From a virus (Duplodnaviria; Caudoviricetes), in the IMG/VR virus record IMGVR_UViG_3300044990_000705, positions 1 through 52,401 of that record: DNA of 52,401 bases; one strand, 5' to 3'. The notes below the pieces were generated by a model. The model was not told the origin of the DNA and searched no databases. It saw nothing but the letters and a program-made list of their open reading frames with translations. The translations under genes were made by a program, and so were the position numbers. Below are positions 10,501-18,123 of the stretch, in pieces. Positions within the stretch are counted from its first letter, which is position 1. Each line of letters opens with the position of its first letter.

Positions 10501-11181
10501 ACTTTTATATTCTATTCTACTTTTGGTTGGTATGAGATGCAAAATTCTAACATCTCAACAGCTGAGCAGACTGCATTTTTTGACACTGTTACAATGAATG
10601 GCTCAAGTGTTGGCATTGGTTTAGGAGCAGCGCCATCAACTAATTATGTGTTGGATACATATTATACAACTATTGATCAATCTAAATCACTTTTTGGTGG
10701 AATAAGAACACAAGGTGAATTTGTAACTATAAATCCATACGCACTTAGAATGATTAGTGGATATGATGGTACTCGTGCTACTATTCTTTATAATAGTCTT
10801 ACTGATTTTGAACTAAAAATAACAGACACGAATAAAAAATATGACCAATTCAACGCACTTGCACCATTTAAAGTATCATTGCTTACTGGAAATGTAACCT
10901 TCGGCCACGAAGTATTTTTTAATAAAAATACAATTTATGCTAATACTTATGGAATAAAGATCAAAGATTCTGGTGGAAACCAGGTTGATGTTCTTAAAGT
11001 AACAACATCAAACAATATCCACATTGGTATGGATCACTATAAAAGTGTTTATCTTGGCCATGGTGGTGGATATACAGGTGGATGTCCAGTTGTAATAAGA
11101 GCAAATAATGAAAATCTTAGAGTCTCTTTTATTGAGATTGATAATATAAAGTATCTGATTGGATTATATGATAATGGATAA
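7564..11181 (+). CDS. Tail spike/fibre with collagen-like repeats and a pectate-lyase-like beta-helix (putative depolymerase)
   Basis: GxxGxx repeats; NVKDFGAVGNGVVNDRDAIRRAI followed by FPPGTY; Asn-rich parallel beta-helix rungs. Confidence 0.85.
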   Translation: MTDFINASGPLADRYLYDSEDIGFTYLAVDTDEVYVIVESDIVPDGMLGEWQLRNFFRAAFIEVGAQGEPGPEGPAGEDGNVIQINASGSYNNRYLYDSADVGFKYLAVDTDTIYEMSSERVWEEKIVFRTEFIEQGPQGEIGPQGEVGPKGDKGDTGDAGSGINWKGAWSSAVEYVEFDAVEFMGSSFVANGTSTNSIPSSLVDWYIWVSKGDKGDKGDQGEQGIPGVSAGPPTSSWSAIPNHVRYPSELLVYSSLGQKSNSFHVHSNVSLSADGFMSAGDKSKLDGIASGAQVNVGTNLSLGFVTGTTRQILSSTGSGVTIPEATITSSGITGTAGLMSSIDKTKLAGIDPLANNYVHPSGDGNLHVPATSTNNAGKVLTAGSTAGSISWVDVVSGGDGGDLNLETLRIFNVKDFGAVGNGVVNDRDAIRRAIYAASIVGGGTIIFPPGTYKVDGPISWIASWDRINGVETEPNFYKWDEYPLTALDNLHLVGIGAVTIICDIANTKMQIFYQVSVREGSSWTLNRATCAKNQSFTNIIFDGNIDHIDNTTLTEDALVTLSPVDGLRIEKCTFKNGGAYGLSLQNNSDVVGNEKNKNITIIDTIFENNGRFLPINGLDGFDGLDIKCGKNITLINCTAQNNMNSGFDIRGENVSYINCCAYNNGGSGFDLTANITPGLPSSYNIIGGVSSGNGTGVGVNGNCTIADYSAATRMIAFISGMRILNSVRTWSTTAVPPQWINGDGILFYGDRDADVNKNTFVTFENCEIVGNERYGVWMHSSSVSTYNLRITTIGSAVFNNCIIANNASTGVYIEFGNVTIHGGKIFGNGAYGIWESVYEIKKTVSKTIYSGNLVVENNTYQGEADKNIFLTSVAGSLTNSGSITATVGKEVRDYNYTALDYNIKTIASAATITLPYGVDFFWITGTTAISNINGGYHGRIVTFGFAADCPFVHGGTYGNTKIWLFGAANKTFPAKTYITFIFYSTFGWYEMQNSNISTAEQTAFFDTVTMNGSSVGIGLGAAPSTNYVLDTYYTTIDQSKSLFGGIRTQGEFVTINPYALRMISGYDGTRATILYNSLTDFELKITDTNKKYDQFNALAPFKVSLLTGNVTFGHEVFFNKNTIYANTYGIKIKDSGGNQVDVLKVTTSNNIHIGMDHYKSVYLGHGGGYTGGCPVVIRANNENLRVSFIEIDNIKYLIGLYDNG

Positions 11182-11185
11182 TATC

Positions 11186-11208
11186 CTATGTTCAAAAATT
11201 AAACATAG
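11186..11208. repeat. 23-bp palindromic motif, copy 5
   Basis: ctatgttcaaaaattaaacatag. Confidence 0.9.
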
Positions 11209-11217
11209 TCACGAACT

Positions 11218-11577
11218 GTGGCGAAGGAAAATGAAATGGTTCCTTTAAAAGTTGCATACTCAACAAAAGGTGGAGATAGCATATTTGCTATACAACAAAG
11301 TGATACTATCAACTCTCATGTGCTAGCTGCCAACGTCGCTAAAAGTGCCACTGTGCCTGTGGGGGCAGCTAGAGTAATTTTTACTGTTATTCCAAGTGGA
11401 GTTGATTTCTATGCTAAAATCACAACTGCTGGAACTGTTGCTGCGATTAATACAACTGATATAACTAATGGATCTGCAAGTGAGCCTAATCCATCTGTGA
11501 GAACTGTAATAGCTGGTCAGACTATAAGCATGATCTCTGCATCAGCATGTAAAATATATCTATCCTATTTTTCATGA
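11218..11577 (+). CDS. Hypothetical structural protein
   Basis: 119 aa beta-rich ORF in the tail module; start uncertain (GTG 11218 or a nearby downstream ATG). Confidence 0.6.
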   Translation: MAKENEMVPLKVAYSTKGGDSIFAIQQSDTINSHVLAANVAKSATVPVGAARVIFTVIPSGVDFYAKITTAGTVAAINTTDITNGSASEPNPSVRTVIAGQTISMISASACKIYLSYFS

Positions 11578-11590
11578 TTGGAGATCTGAG

Positions 11591-12856
11591 ATGAATCCTT
11601 TTAATTCTAGTACAATGAATTTAGTAGATCCAACATTTGAGACGGTTAAGTTAACTAATCTTACAGATGGTTACTTACCAAAGCACACGTCTGATGCAGT
11701 TGGATTGGCGAATAGTCCAATTTATACTAATGGAACTAATGTTGGAATTGGGGCGAATAGTCCAAGATCATTGATGGATATTACAAGTGGATTAGCAAAC
11801 ACCGACGGGAACACATCCAACGGTATCAATGTTACTGCTCCAAACTTAGCCATGACCAGCTCAAATGTCAATTTGCAGATCAACACAAATGATGCTCAGG
11901 CAGCAGATGTGGGTGGAAGTATCGGACTGGGTGGACTATATCGGACTACTGCAAGAGATAATATCACTTATGCGATAATTAAAGGAGCAAAGCTAAACGC
12001 AACAAACGCCACTTATAGCGGATATCTTGCTTTTGGAACCAGAAATCATGGGAATGAAATCGCTGAAAGAGCGCGTCTGGATAATTTGGGAAAATTTGGA
12101 GTCGGAACGGCTACACCAGCATCAACGATTTCATCCAGCGGAAATCTTTCTGTTGGGGCAAATTATGCAGCGGTGGCCGCACCGACTAATGGCGCTATCT
12201 TTGAGGGTAATGTTGGAGTTGGGACGAGTAGTCCAAATGCATCATTACAAGTTAAATCTGATACAAACAAAGAAATACAAATTGGCACAACAACATCAAA
12301 CTACACTACATCAACATATTTTACTGATTTAACTGCGACTTCATCATTGATAAACTTTTCAAGGCCGAGCGATGGAGTATTTGTGAATTCAGTTTTTTCT
12401 TATAATGCTTCAACTTATTGTCATCTTGGATTAGCTGCGAGACATGATTTTGTGTTTGTCTGTGGGGAATTAGAACGACTTCGGTTGACAAGCGCAGGAT
12501 TACTAAAAGTCGTTAGCTTGGCGGGTACAGGAAATCGTGCTGTTTACTCTGATGCAAGTGGAAACCTTACCAACAGTAGTTCTGACGAAAATCTGAAAAC
12601 AAACATATCAAACCTAACTTATGGCCTGTCTCAGGTATTAGCCATGCGTCCAATATTCTATAATTGGATTAATCCTGTACTTGGCGACCAAAGAGAAATA
12701 GGGTTTGTTGCACAAGAGATTGAAAAAATTATACCTGAAGTTGTTGGAATAAACTCAAATGGGATGAAATCTCTTGATTACCCCAAACTCGTAGCAGTTA
12801 TGGCGATGGCAATTCAAGAACTTAACGTAAAATTGGAGGCATACATTAATGGCTGA
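11591..12856 (+). CDS. Tail fibre with C-terminal intramolecular chaperone (peptidase S74)
   Basis: VGIG repeats; SSDENLKTNI...GFVAQEIE..PE.V...LDY..L..AIQEL. Confidence 0.85.
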   Translation: MNPFNSSTMNLVDPTFETVKLTNLTDGYLPKHTSDAVGLANSPIYTNGTNVGIGANSPRSLMDITSGLANTDGNTSNGINVTAPNLAMTSSNVNLQINTNDAQAADVGGSIGLGGLYRTTARDNITYAIIKGAKLNATNATYSGYLAFGTRNHGNEIAERARLDNLGKFGVGTATPASTISSSGNLSVGANYAAVAAPTNGAIFEGNVGVGTSSPNASLQVKSDTNKEIQIGTTTSNYTTSTYFTDLTATSSLINFSRPSDGVFVNSVFSYNASTYCHLGLAARHDFVFVCGELERLRLTSAGLLKVVSLAGTGNRAVYSDASGNLTNSSSDENLKTNISNLTYGLSQVLAMRPIFYNWINPVLGDQREIGFVAQEIEKIIPEVVGINSNGMKSLDYPKLVAVMAMAIQELNVKLEAYING

Positions 12857-13169
12857 TTATAAAGAATCAACAATATCAGGAACATCATGGCAACGGACAA
12901 ACCAGATCGTTATCGTCAATCCTTCTGGTGGCACACCAACAGTAATCTACAACGAGGAAACAGCGTTCAACATTGGGACTATGACAATCACGTCTCCTTG
13001 CGGTAATCTAACGGTGCCTTGTTCAGACATGACAGAGGAAATTCCGCTACTCAATCCTGTTGACGGATCATCTACAGGACAAACAATGACTATGGGGCAA
13101 CTGTACCAGGCTATTTATAGCCATTATATCGCCAAAGCGACTGAAAGGGATAATGCAAATGCACCCTGA
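12849..13169 (+). CDS. Hypothetical protein
   Basis: 106 aa ORF, GGAGG RBS, coupled to the fibre gene. Confidence 0.65.
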   Translation: MADYKESTISGTSWQRTNQIVIVNPSGGTPTVIYNEETAFNIGTMTITSPCGNLTVPCSDMTEEIPLLNPVDGSSTGQTMTMGQLYQAIYSHYIAKATERDNANAP

Positions 13170-13386
13170 AGATAAAGGAACAAATAGCATTTTAGGTGGC
13201 GGTAAACCAATGCCTCCAACAAGCATGAAATTTTGCAATGCTAACAATGAAGTTATCGGGGTTTTAGATTTCTCTGAGTCTCCCATAACTTTTGTAGGGG
13301 ATGTGGATGCCTCTGCTAAATTATTTTTTGATTCTGTTTGTAAATTATGGTGTGGAGAACAGGAGAAAAACAATGCTGTAATTTGA
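13153..13386 (+). CDS. Hypothetical protein
   Basis: 77 aa ORF in the operon. Confidence 0.5.
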   Translation: MQMHPEDKGTNSILGGGKPMPPTSMKFCNANNEVIGVLDFSESPITFVGDVDASAKLFFDSVCKLWCGEQEKNNAVI

Positions 13387-13394
13387 TAAAATAA

Positions 13395-13417
13395 CTATGT
13401 TTAAAAATTGAACATAG
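13395..13417. repeat. 23-bp palindromic motif, copy 6
   Basis: ctatgtttaaaaattgaacatag (flanks extend to taa...tta). Confidence 0.9.
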
Positions 13418-13451
13418 TTACAAAAATATTTTGCTTTGAGAGGAACGTAAA

Positions 13452-13778
13452 ATGGATAACATGATGTCTAAAATGGGAAAGTTAGTAGAAACCACAATAA
13501 GAGTATCACTAACTGATTCTTCTCAACTTCTGACTGCTATCATAAACACAGCACTTTCGAAAACAGTTGATTTTTCTCTTGTGCATGCTGTTCTTATAAC
13601 ATGCGAAACTTATGATTGCAGACTTGCTTTTGGAACAGCGGCGACTACTACTGTCGGACATACTGTTTATGCCGGACAATCAGTTCGTATTCCCTCTAAA
13701 AATCTTATTCAATCTGCAAGATTAATAAACAGAGTAGTTGGAGCTAATTCTATTCTCCAAATAACGTTGGAGGGATAA
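13452..13778 (+). CDS. Hypothetical structural protein
   Basis: 108 aa ORF with GAGGA RBS. Confidence 0.6.
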   Translation: MDNMMSKMGKLVETTIRVSLTDSSQLLTAIINTALSKTVDFSLVHAVLITCETYDCRLAFGTAATTTVGHTVYAGQSVRIPSKNLIQSARLINRVVGANSILQITLEG

Positions 13779-13780
13779 TT

Positions 13781-14359
13781 ATGAGTTTCTTTTCTCCATT
13801 CACATTTTCTGGCATTGGTGGTGAGAATACAGCATTTGCTATTCTATGGCGTGGTACTTGGAGTGCTTCTGCTTATAACAAGTTTGACGCTATAGGATAC
13901 AATGGAGCTGCTTATATTGCAAATGCTACTACAATATCTACTGATGTTCCCGGCGTAAGTAGCAAATGGGACTTATGGATTAATCAAGGAACAACTGCTG
14001 TTGCATATAAAAACTATGGCGCTGTCTTTGATGGCGGTGGATCGGCTATAGCCGCCAATAAAAAAGTCTATGTGAGAATTCCCAATTCAGGGGTAATCAT
14101 AAAGTCCTATATTTTTGCTGATGTCTCAGGAACAATCTCAATCGAAGTCTGGAAAGATACCTTCGCAAATTTCCCGCCGTTGGTAGCTGACAAAATATCT
14201 GCAAGCGCTCCCATCGCCTTGTCGTCTGCCCAAAAAAGCGAGGATACAACGCTTACAGGATGGACTACGGCTGTGACGGCAGGGGATGTACTTTGCTTTA
14301 ATGTGAGTGCTTTGGCGACCAGCATAACTTGGTGCGCCGTTGGGGTGGTGGTGTCATGA
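13781..14359 (+). CDS. Tail-associated protein with a small carbohydrate-binding-like module
   Basis: WRGTWSASAYNKFDAIGYNGAAYIA module, similar to one in ORF 7564. Confidence 0.55.
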   Translation: MSFFSPFTFSGIGGENTAFAILWRGTWSASAYNKFDAIGYNGAAYIANATTISTDVPGVSSKWDLWINQGTTAVAYKNYGAVFDGGGSAIAANKKVYVRIPNSGVIIKSYIFADVSGTISIEVWKDTFANFPPLVADKISASAPIALSSAQKSEDTTLTGWTTAVTAGDVLCFNVSALATSITWCAVGVVVS

Positions 14360-15465
14360 CAATAAATTATAGCAGTTCGATTCTTTTTGCTCCTATTTTG
14401 GGTGGGGATGGTTCTACCGGATCAAACACAGGCTATGCACTTGACAGTAACTTTGAGCTTGGCGTTGGAGGTGACTGTGTAGGAATTCGCTTTGTAGCTC
14501 CGCCTGGTGGCGTGCATTTACATTCGGTTTATTTTTTCCTTCATGCGGCTAATGCATCAAGTCTTGATTTGACTTGCCACTTGGCGAACTATGGGGCAGC
14601 GGCAACCAGAGCAGGAACGTCAATCCGATCTGTAACTGCTGCTGGAGGCACGACTGCATATAAATGGATTAAGTTTGACTTCTCAGCGTATGAAGATGCT
14701 TTGACAGCAAATGAAACATACTGGGCGGTTGTTGGCGCTGCTGCTGGTAGTGGCAGTGGGTATCAAATAAGGACGAGAAACTCAAGTATTTTAACAAATA
14801 CAAGTTCTTCAAATACGTCACTTGGAAAAATGTTTTCGATGTACACAAACGATGCTGGATTTACAACTGTTGGCATAGGGGCGTCATACCCATGTTCGTT
14901 TATTCTCGTTTTTTCAGATGGTACGGCCTTTGGGCATCCTTATACACAAATTCCATCTATGGCCTCGAATACTTTAGAAAGAGGGTTAAAATTTATTTTC
15001 GATGAAAAAATAATCTGTAATGGGATGATAGGGGGCTTATCTGTGAGCAACTCAACCATCCAAATATATCAAGAAGCAACTGCTCCAGGGGGGACAGTCT
15101 GGAGCGGGTTTAACGGAGGTGCAGCATATAGTTTGCCGACGAATGTGAAAGCTGCTACATCTGGTATATTTTTCCCGTCTCCTGTAACATTTGAAAAAAA
15201 CACATACTATCGTATGACAGTTAAATCAACGGCAAGTAACACATCGCCGCCTTATTCCGAAGTAGAGGACTACGCAACCCTCGAATCCGCTGCGCTCAAC
15301 ACACTTCTGGGTGCTGGTAGCTGGTGCTACACCATAGACAACGATGCGGGTGGATGGACTGACTACAACAACGCAACGGATGGCTATCGGCTGCCAAGGA
15401 TGTCTCTGATTATGCAGTCGCAGGTGCCTATTACGGGTGGTGGCAATTATGCTTTTGGAGGATAA
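14356..15465 (+). CDS. Hypothetical virion/receptor-binding protein
   Basis: Beta-rich, about 369 aa; ATGA overlap at 14356. Confidence 0.55.
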   Translation: MTINYSSSILFAPILGGDGSTGSNTGYALDSNFELGVGGDCVGIRFVAPPGGVHLHSVYFFLHAANASSLDLTCHLANYGAAATRAGTSIRSVTAAGGTTAYKWIKFDFSAYEDALTANETYWAVVGAAAGSGSGYQIRTRNSSILTNTSSSNTSLGKMFSMYTNDAGFTTVGIGASYPCSFILVFSDGTAFGHPYTQIPSMASNTLERGLKFIFDEKIICNGMIGGLSVSNSTIQIYQEATAPGGTVWSGFNGGAAYSLPTNVKAATSGIFFPSPVTFEKNTYYRMTVKSTASNTSPPYSEVEDYATLESAALNTLLGAGSWCYTIDNDAGGWTDYNNATDGYRLPRMSLIMQSQVPITGGGNYAFGG

Positions 15466-15813
15466 ATGAATTTAGATTTTATTGTTGAATTACTTGAAAA
15501 GAATGGTGACTTTAACATCACAGGAAGGTGTATTGACTGTGATAAGGATGTCAATGTAAGCGTTGAACTGATTGGTGAAAGCCAGATCAAGATTAGTGGT
15601 GGAGCACTTTATCAACCGCCTGAAGCCTATAACTATCATGAAAAGATTGTCTGCAAATGTGATGAATGTTTCAAAATTGATTCACAGATTCATCAGAGAA
15701 ACGAGGTCTATACCAGAGTAGTAGGATATCTTCGGCCCAAAAGCCAGATGAATCCTGGTAGGATTTCTGAAGTTGAACAGCGTATGATGTTTGATATTCC
15801 TATTGCTGCCTAA
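15466..15813 (+). CDS. Stand-alone NrdD-like C-terminal (Zn/glycyl radical) domain protein
   Basis: EVYTRVVGYLRP...NPGRISEVEQR matches the class III RNR C-terminus; CxxC and CxCxxC. Confidence 0.75.
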   Translation: MNLDFIVELLEKNGDFNITGRCIDCDKDVNVSVELIGESQIKISGGALYQPPEAYNYHEKIVCKCDECFKIDSQIHQRNEVYTRVVGYLRPKSQMNPGRISEVEQRMMFDIPIAA

Positions 15814-15830
15814 CCTGGAGGACAAAGCCA

Positions 15831-16151
15831 TTGCCTGAAGAACGTCGTGCAGCAGATATAAAACTGGATGGTATTGAGAAGAAACTTGAAGAACATTCAT
15901 CAGTTCTAAATGAAATGCGAGATACTCTCCAACAAATTGCAGTTCAAAACTACATGATTCAATCTATGCAAGCTCAGATGACTGAAGTTCGTGGAGATGT
16001 TAATGAGTTGTATAAGCGACAAGAATCTATTTTGACTTTCCAGGCTAGTTGTCCAAAAAGTAATCTACACGTTCTGTGGGGAGTAATAGTCACATCTGTT
16101 GTTGGTATGATAGGTGCTTTTACTGCTCATGTGATGGGCGGTGGCAAATGA
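15831..16151 (+). CDS. Coiled-coil membrane protein (holin/hemolysin-like)
   Basis: ERR N-terminus, heptad region, single C-terminal TM segment; upstream of the endolysin. Confidence 0.55.
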   Translation: MPEERRAADIKLDGIEKKLEEHSSVLNEMRDTLQQIAVQNYMIQSMQAQMTEVRGDVNELYKRQESILTFQASCPKSNLHVLWGVIVTSVVGMIGAFTAHVMGGGK

Positions 16152-16519
16152 AGAAGATACTTGTGATTGATGATAGTCACTTTGCAATTCACACACTTAA
16201 AAACTGTCTGCGTGGAAAATATGAAGTAGTTGCTCTATGTATGGCTGAGCATGCACTTGAAATGATAAAGGTTGAAAAACCAGATTTGGTCTTACTTGAC
16301 ATTATGATGCCTGTGATTAATGGTATAGAATTGTTGAAGCAAATTCAGTTGGATTTATCTATGAGAATTATTCCAGTAATTATGCTAACATCTATAATGA
16401 ATGTTGAGGTTGAATCAGAGTGTCTTAAACTTGGCGCAAGAGATTTCATCCGTAAGCCTTTCAATATCGAGATGTTAATTTCCAGAATAGAAAATGCCAT
16501 AAAATACACGGAATGCTGA
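16148..16519 (+). CDS. Single-domain response regulator (CheY-like receiver)
   Basis: KILVIDDS, PDLVLLDIMMP, PVIMLTS, GARDFIRKPF; ATG at 16148 overlaps the upstream TGA. Confidence 0.9.
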   Translation: MKKILVIDDSHFAIHTLKNCLRGKYEVVALCMAEHALEMIKVEKPDLVLLDIMMPVINGIELLKQIQLDLSMRIIPVIMLTSIMNVEVESECLKLGARDFIRKPFNIEMLISRIENAIKYTEC

Positions 16520-16520
16520 T

Positions 16521-16985
16521 ATGAGAGAATCATTTAACAAAGCATTTGAGATAGTAATTGGACTTGAGGGCAAGATATCTAATGATCCAAATGATCCTGG
16601 CGGACTTACTATTTGGGGACTTTCTAGCAAATATAATCCTGAAGCTCACATAGGAATGACAATTAACCAGGCGAAGAAAGTTTATTTTGAAAAGTATTGG
16701 ATTCCTGCTGGAAGTGAAACAGCTCCATTTCCACTTGACATTTGCCTGTTTGATGCAAAGGTTAATCCACAAGACAACAAAGAATGGCCAGGGAACTCAA
16801 TGGATGAGTTGATGAAATTTCATCCTGAAAATTGGCAAGAGTATTTAATCTTGAGGATGGTAAGATATTCTAAATGTTCCAAAGATATATATGTTAAAGG
16901 GCATCTTAATCGAATCCTGAAACTTTATTTGGCAATAAAGGAAATACAGAATGGACAACTGGCTAATAGCACAGCTCAAAGATAA
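16521..16985 (+). CDS. Endolysin, glycoside hydrolase family 108
   Basis: EGKISNDPNDPGGLTIWG signature. Confidence 0.85.
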   Translation: MRESFNKAFEIVIGLEGKISNDPNDPGGLTIWGLSSKYNPEAHIGMTINQAKKVYFEKYWIPAGSETAPFPLDICLFDAKVNPQDNKEWPGNSMDELMKFHPENWQEYLILRMVRYSKCSKDIYVKGHLNRILKLYLAIKEIQNGQLANSTAQR

Positions 16986-17142
16986 TTTAATAACCATCTG
17001 GGCAATCCTTGAAATCCTTCGTGGAGTAGCATGGCTAACTCCTACAGTTAAGGATGACAAGGTTATAACGCTGTTGCAAGGAATCTATTGGGGAATCAAA
17101 GAACGTAAAGCCAATAAGTCTACAGGAGTTGATAATGCTTGA
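16951..17142 (+). CDS. Small membrane protein (holin-like)
   Basis: 63 aa hydrophobic ORF after the endolysin; TPTxxDD motif. Confidence 0.5.
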   Translation: MDNWLIAQLKDNLITIWAILEILRGVAWLTPTVKDDKVITLLQGIYWGIKERKANKSTGVDNA

Positions 17143-17225
17143 AGATCGTCCACCATCGAATGAAGAAAGATATGCAATAACAGTTGATTTATTAAAACTT
17201 TGGCGAGAATTTAAAGGAGAGCAAT

Positions 17226-17456
17226 ATGATAGCTATGAACATCCTTGCGGTGATTACTGCACTTCCAGGCTTAGTGAAATTGATAAGAGAATTGATGCAG
17301 CAATTGCAGGAGCAGCTAGGCCCAGGAACGGGAGTGGAGAAGAAGAAAGTGGTTCTTGATGTGGTAGCTGGAGTTGTTGGAGATGAGGGAGTTTGGGAAA
17401 GTGTAAAAGGGATTTTCTCTTGGATCATTGATTGTATTGCTATGTTCAAAAAATGA
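17226..17456 (+). CDS. Holin-like small protein
   Basis: AAGGAG RBS; hydrophobic N-terminus and GxEKK motif. Confidence 0.5.
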   Translation: MIAMNILAVITALPGLVKLIRELMQQLQEQLGPGTGVEKKKVVLDVVAGVVGDEGVWESVKGIFSWIIDCIAMFKK

Positions 17457-17462
17457 ACAAAG
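17440..17462. repeat. 23-bp palindromic motif, copy 7
   Basis: ctatgttcaaaaaatgaacaaag, overlapping the last codons of ORF 17226. Confidence 0.9.
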
Positions 17463-17468
17463 GGTGTT

Positions 17469-18116
17469 ATGGATACCTACGACCAACAAAGAACTCAAAG
17501 ATCAATTTTAAATATTTTAACTTCTCTTGGCCTTGAAGATATTAACATATTGTTGGAATTGTTTTCAAACTTTATATCTTTAAGTCAAACAACAATGGCT
17601 AATGGATCATTTCTGGGGCGCAAGGTAAGTGGAATTGGGCCAGTTGATGAAGTTACATTAGATGAAGTTAAAACATTTCTGGGTATAGAGCTTGACCCAA
17701 AGATAAAATTCACAGCTGAAGGTGGTTTGGCAGTTAAGTTGATAAATAAAACTGGATTGCCATCTATCAAAGGCTATTGTGTAACACCTGAGAGTGCTGA
17801 TAGTGGTGTAGTTCTTGTGCCTATTGGAGAGCCAGATTGTATTGGAGTATTTTATGAAAGTGGAATTGCTGATGGATCTGAAGCTTGGGTTGTTGTAAGT
17901 GGAATTGCGGAAGTGTATTTTTGGAATGCTGCTACTCGTGGCTATCTTGCAAGAACTGGACTGGCTTCTGATACAGGCGAAATATCTGGCCAAGCATTAT
18001 CTGAAGCTATTCCTACAACTCCATTTGCAGTTGATAAACATTTCTGTGAAATAGGTCATATTCTTGAAACAAAAATAGCCAGTGGTTTAGCTAAAACGAT
18101 ATTGCATTTTAACTAA
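17469..18116 (+). CDS. Hypothetical structural protein
   Basis: 215 aa; FLGRK..GIGP fibre-like motif; beta-rich C-terminus. Confidence 0.55.
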   Translation: MDTYDQQRTQRSILNILTSLGLEDINILLELFSNFISLSQTTMANGSFLGRKVSGIGPVDEVTLDEVKTFLGIELDPKIKFTAEGGLAVKLINKTGLPSIKGYCVTPESADSGVVLVPIGEPDCIGVFYESGIADGSEAWVVVSGIAEVYFWNAATRGYLARTGLASDTGEISGQALSEAIPTTPFAVDKHFCEIGHILETKIASGLAKTILHFN

Positions 18117-18123
18117 GGGTGTT

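Noticed and set aside
3079-15465. Diversity-generating retroelement targeting the fibres
   Set aside because: No reverse transcriptase and no TR/VR pair with adenine-specific differences seen; the repeats are diverged protein-level modules
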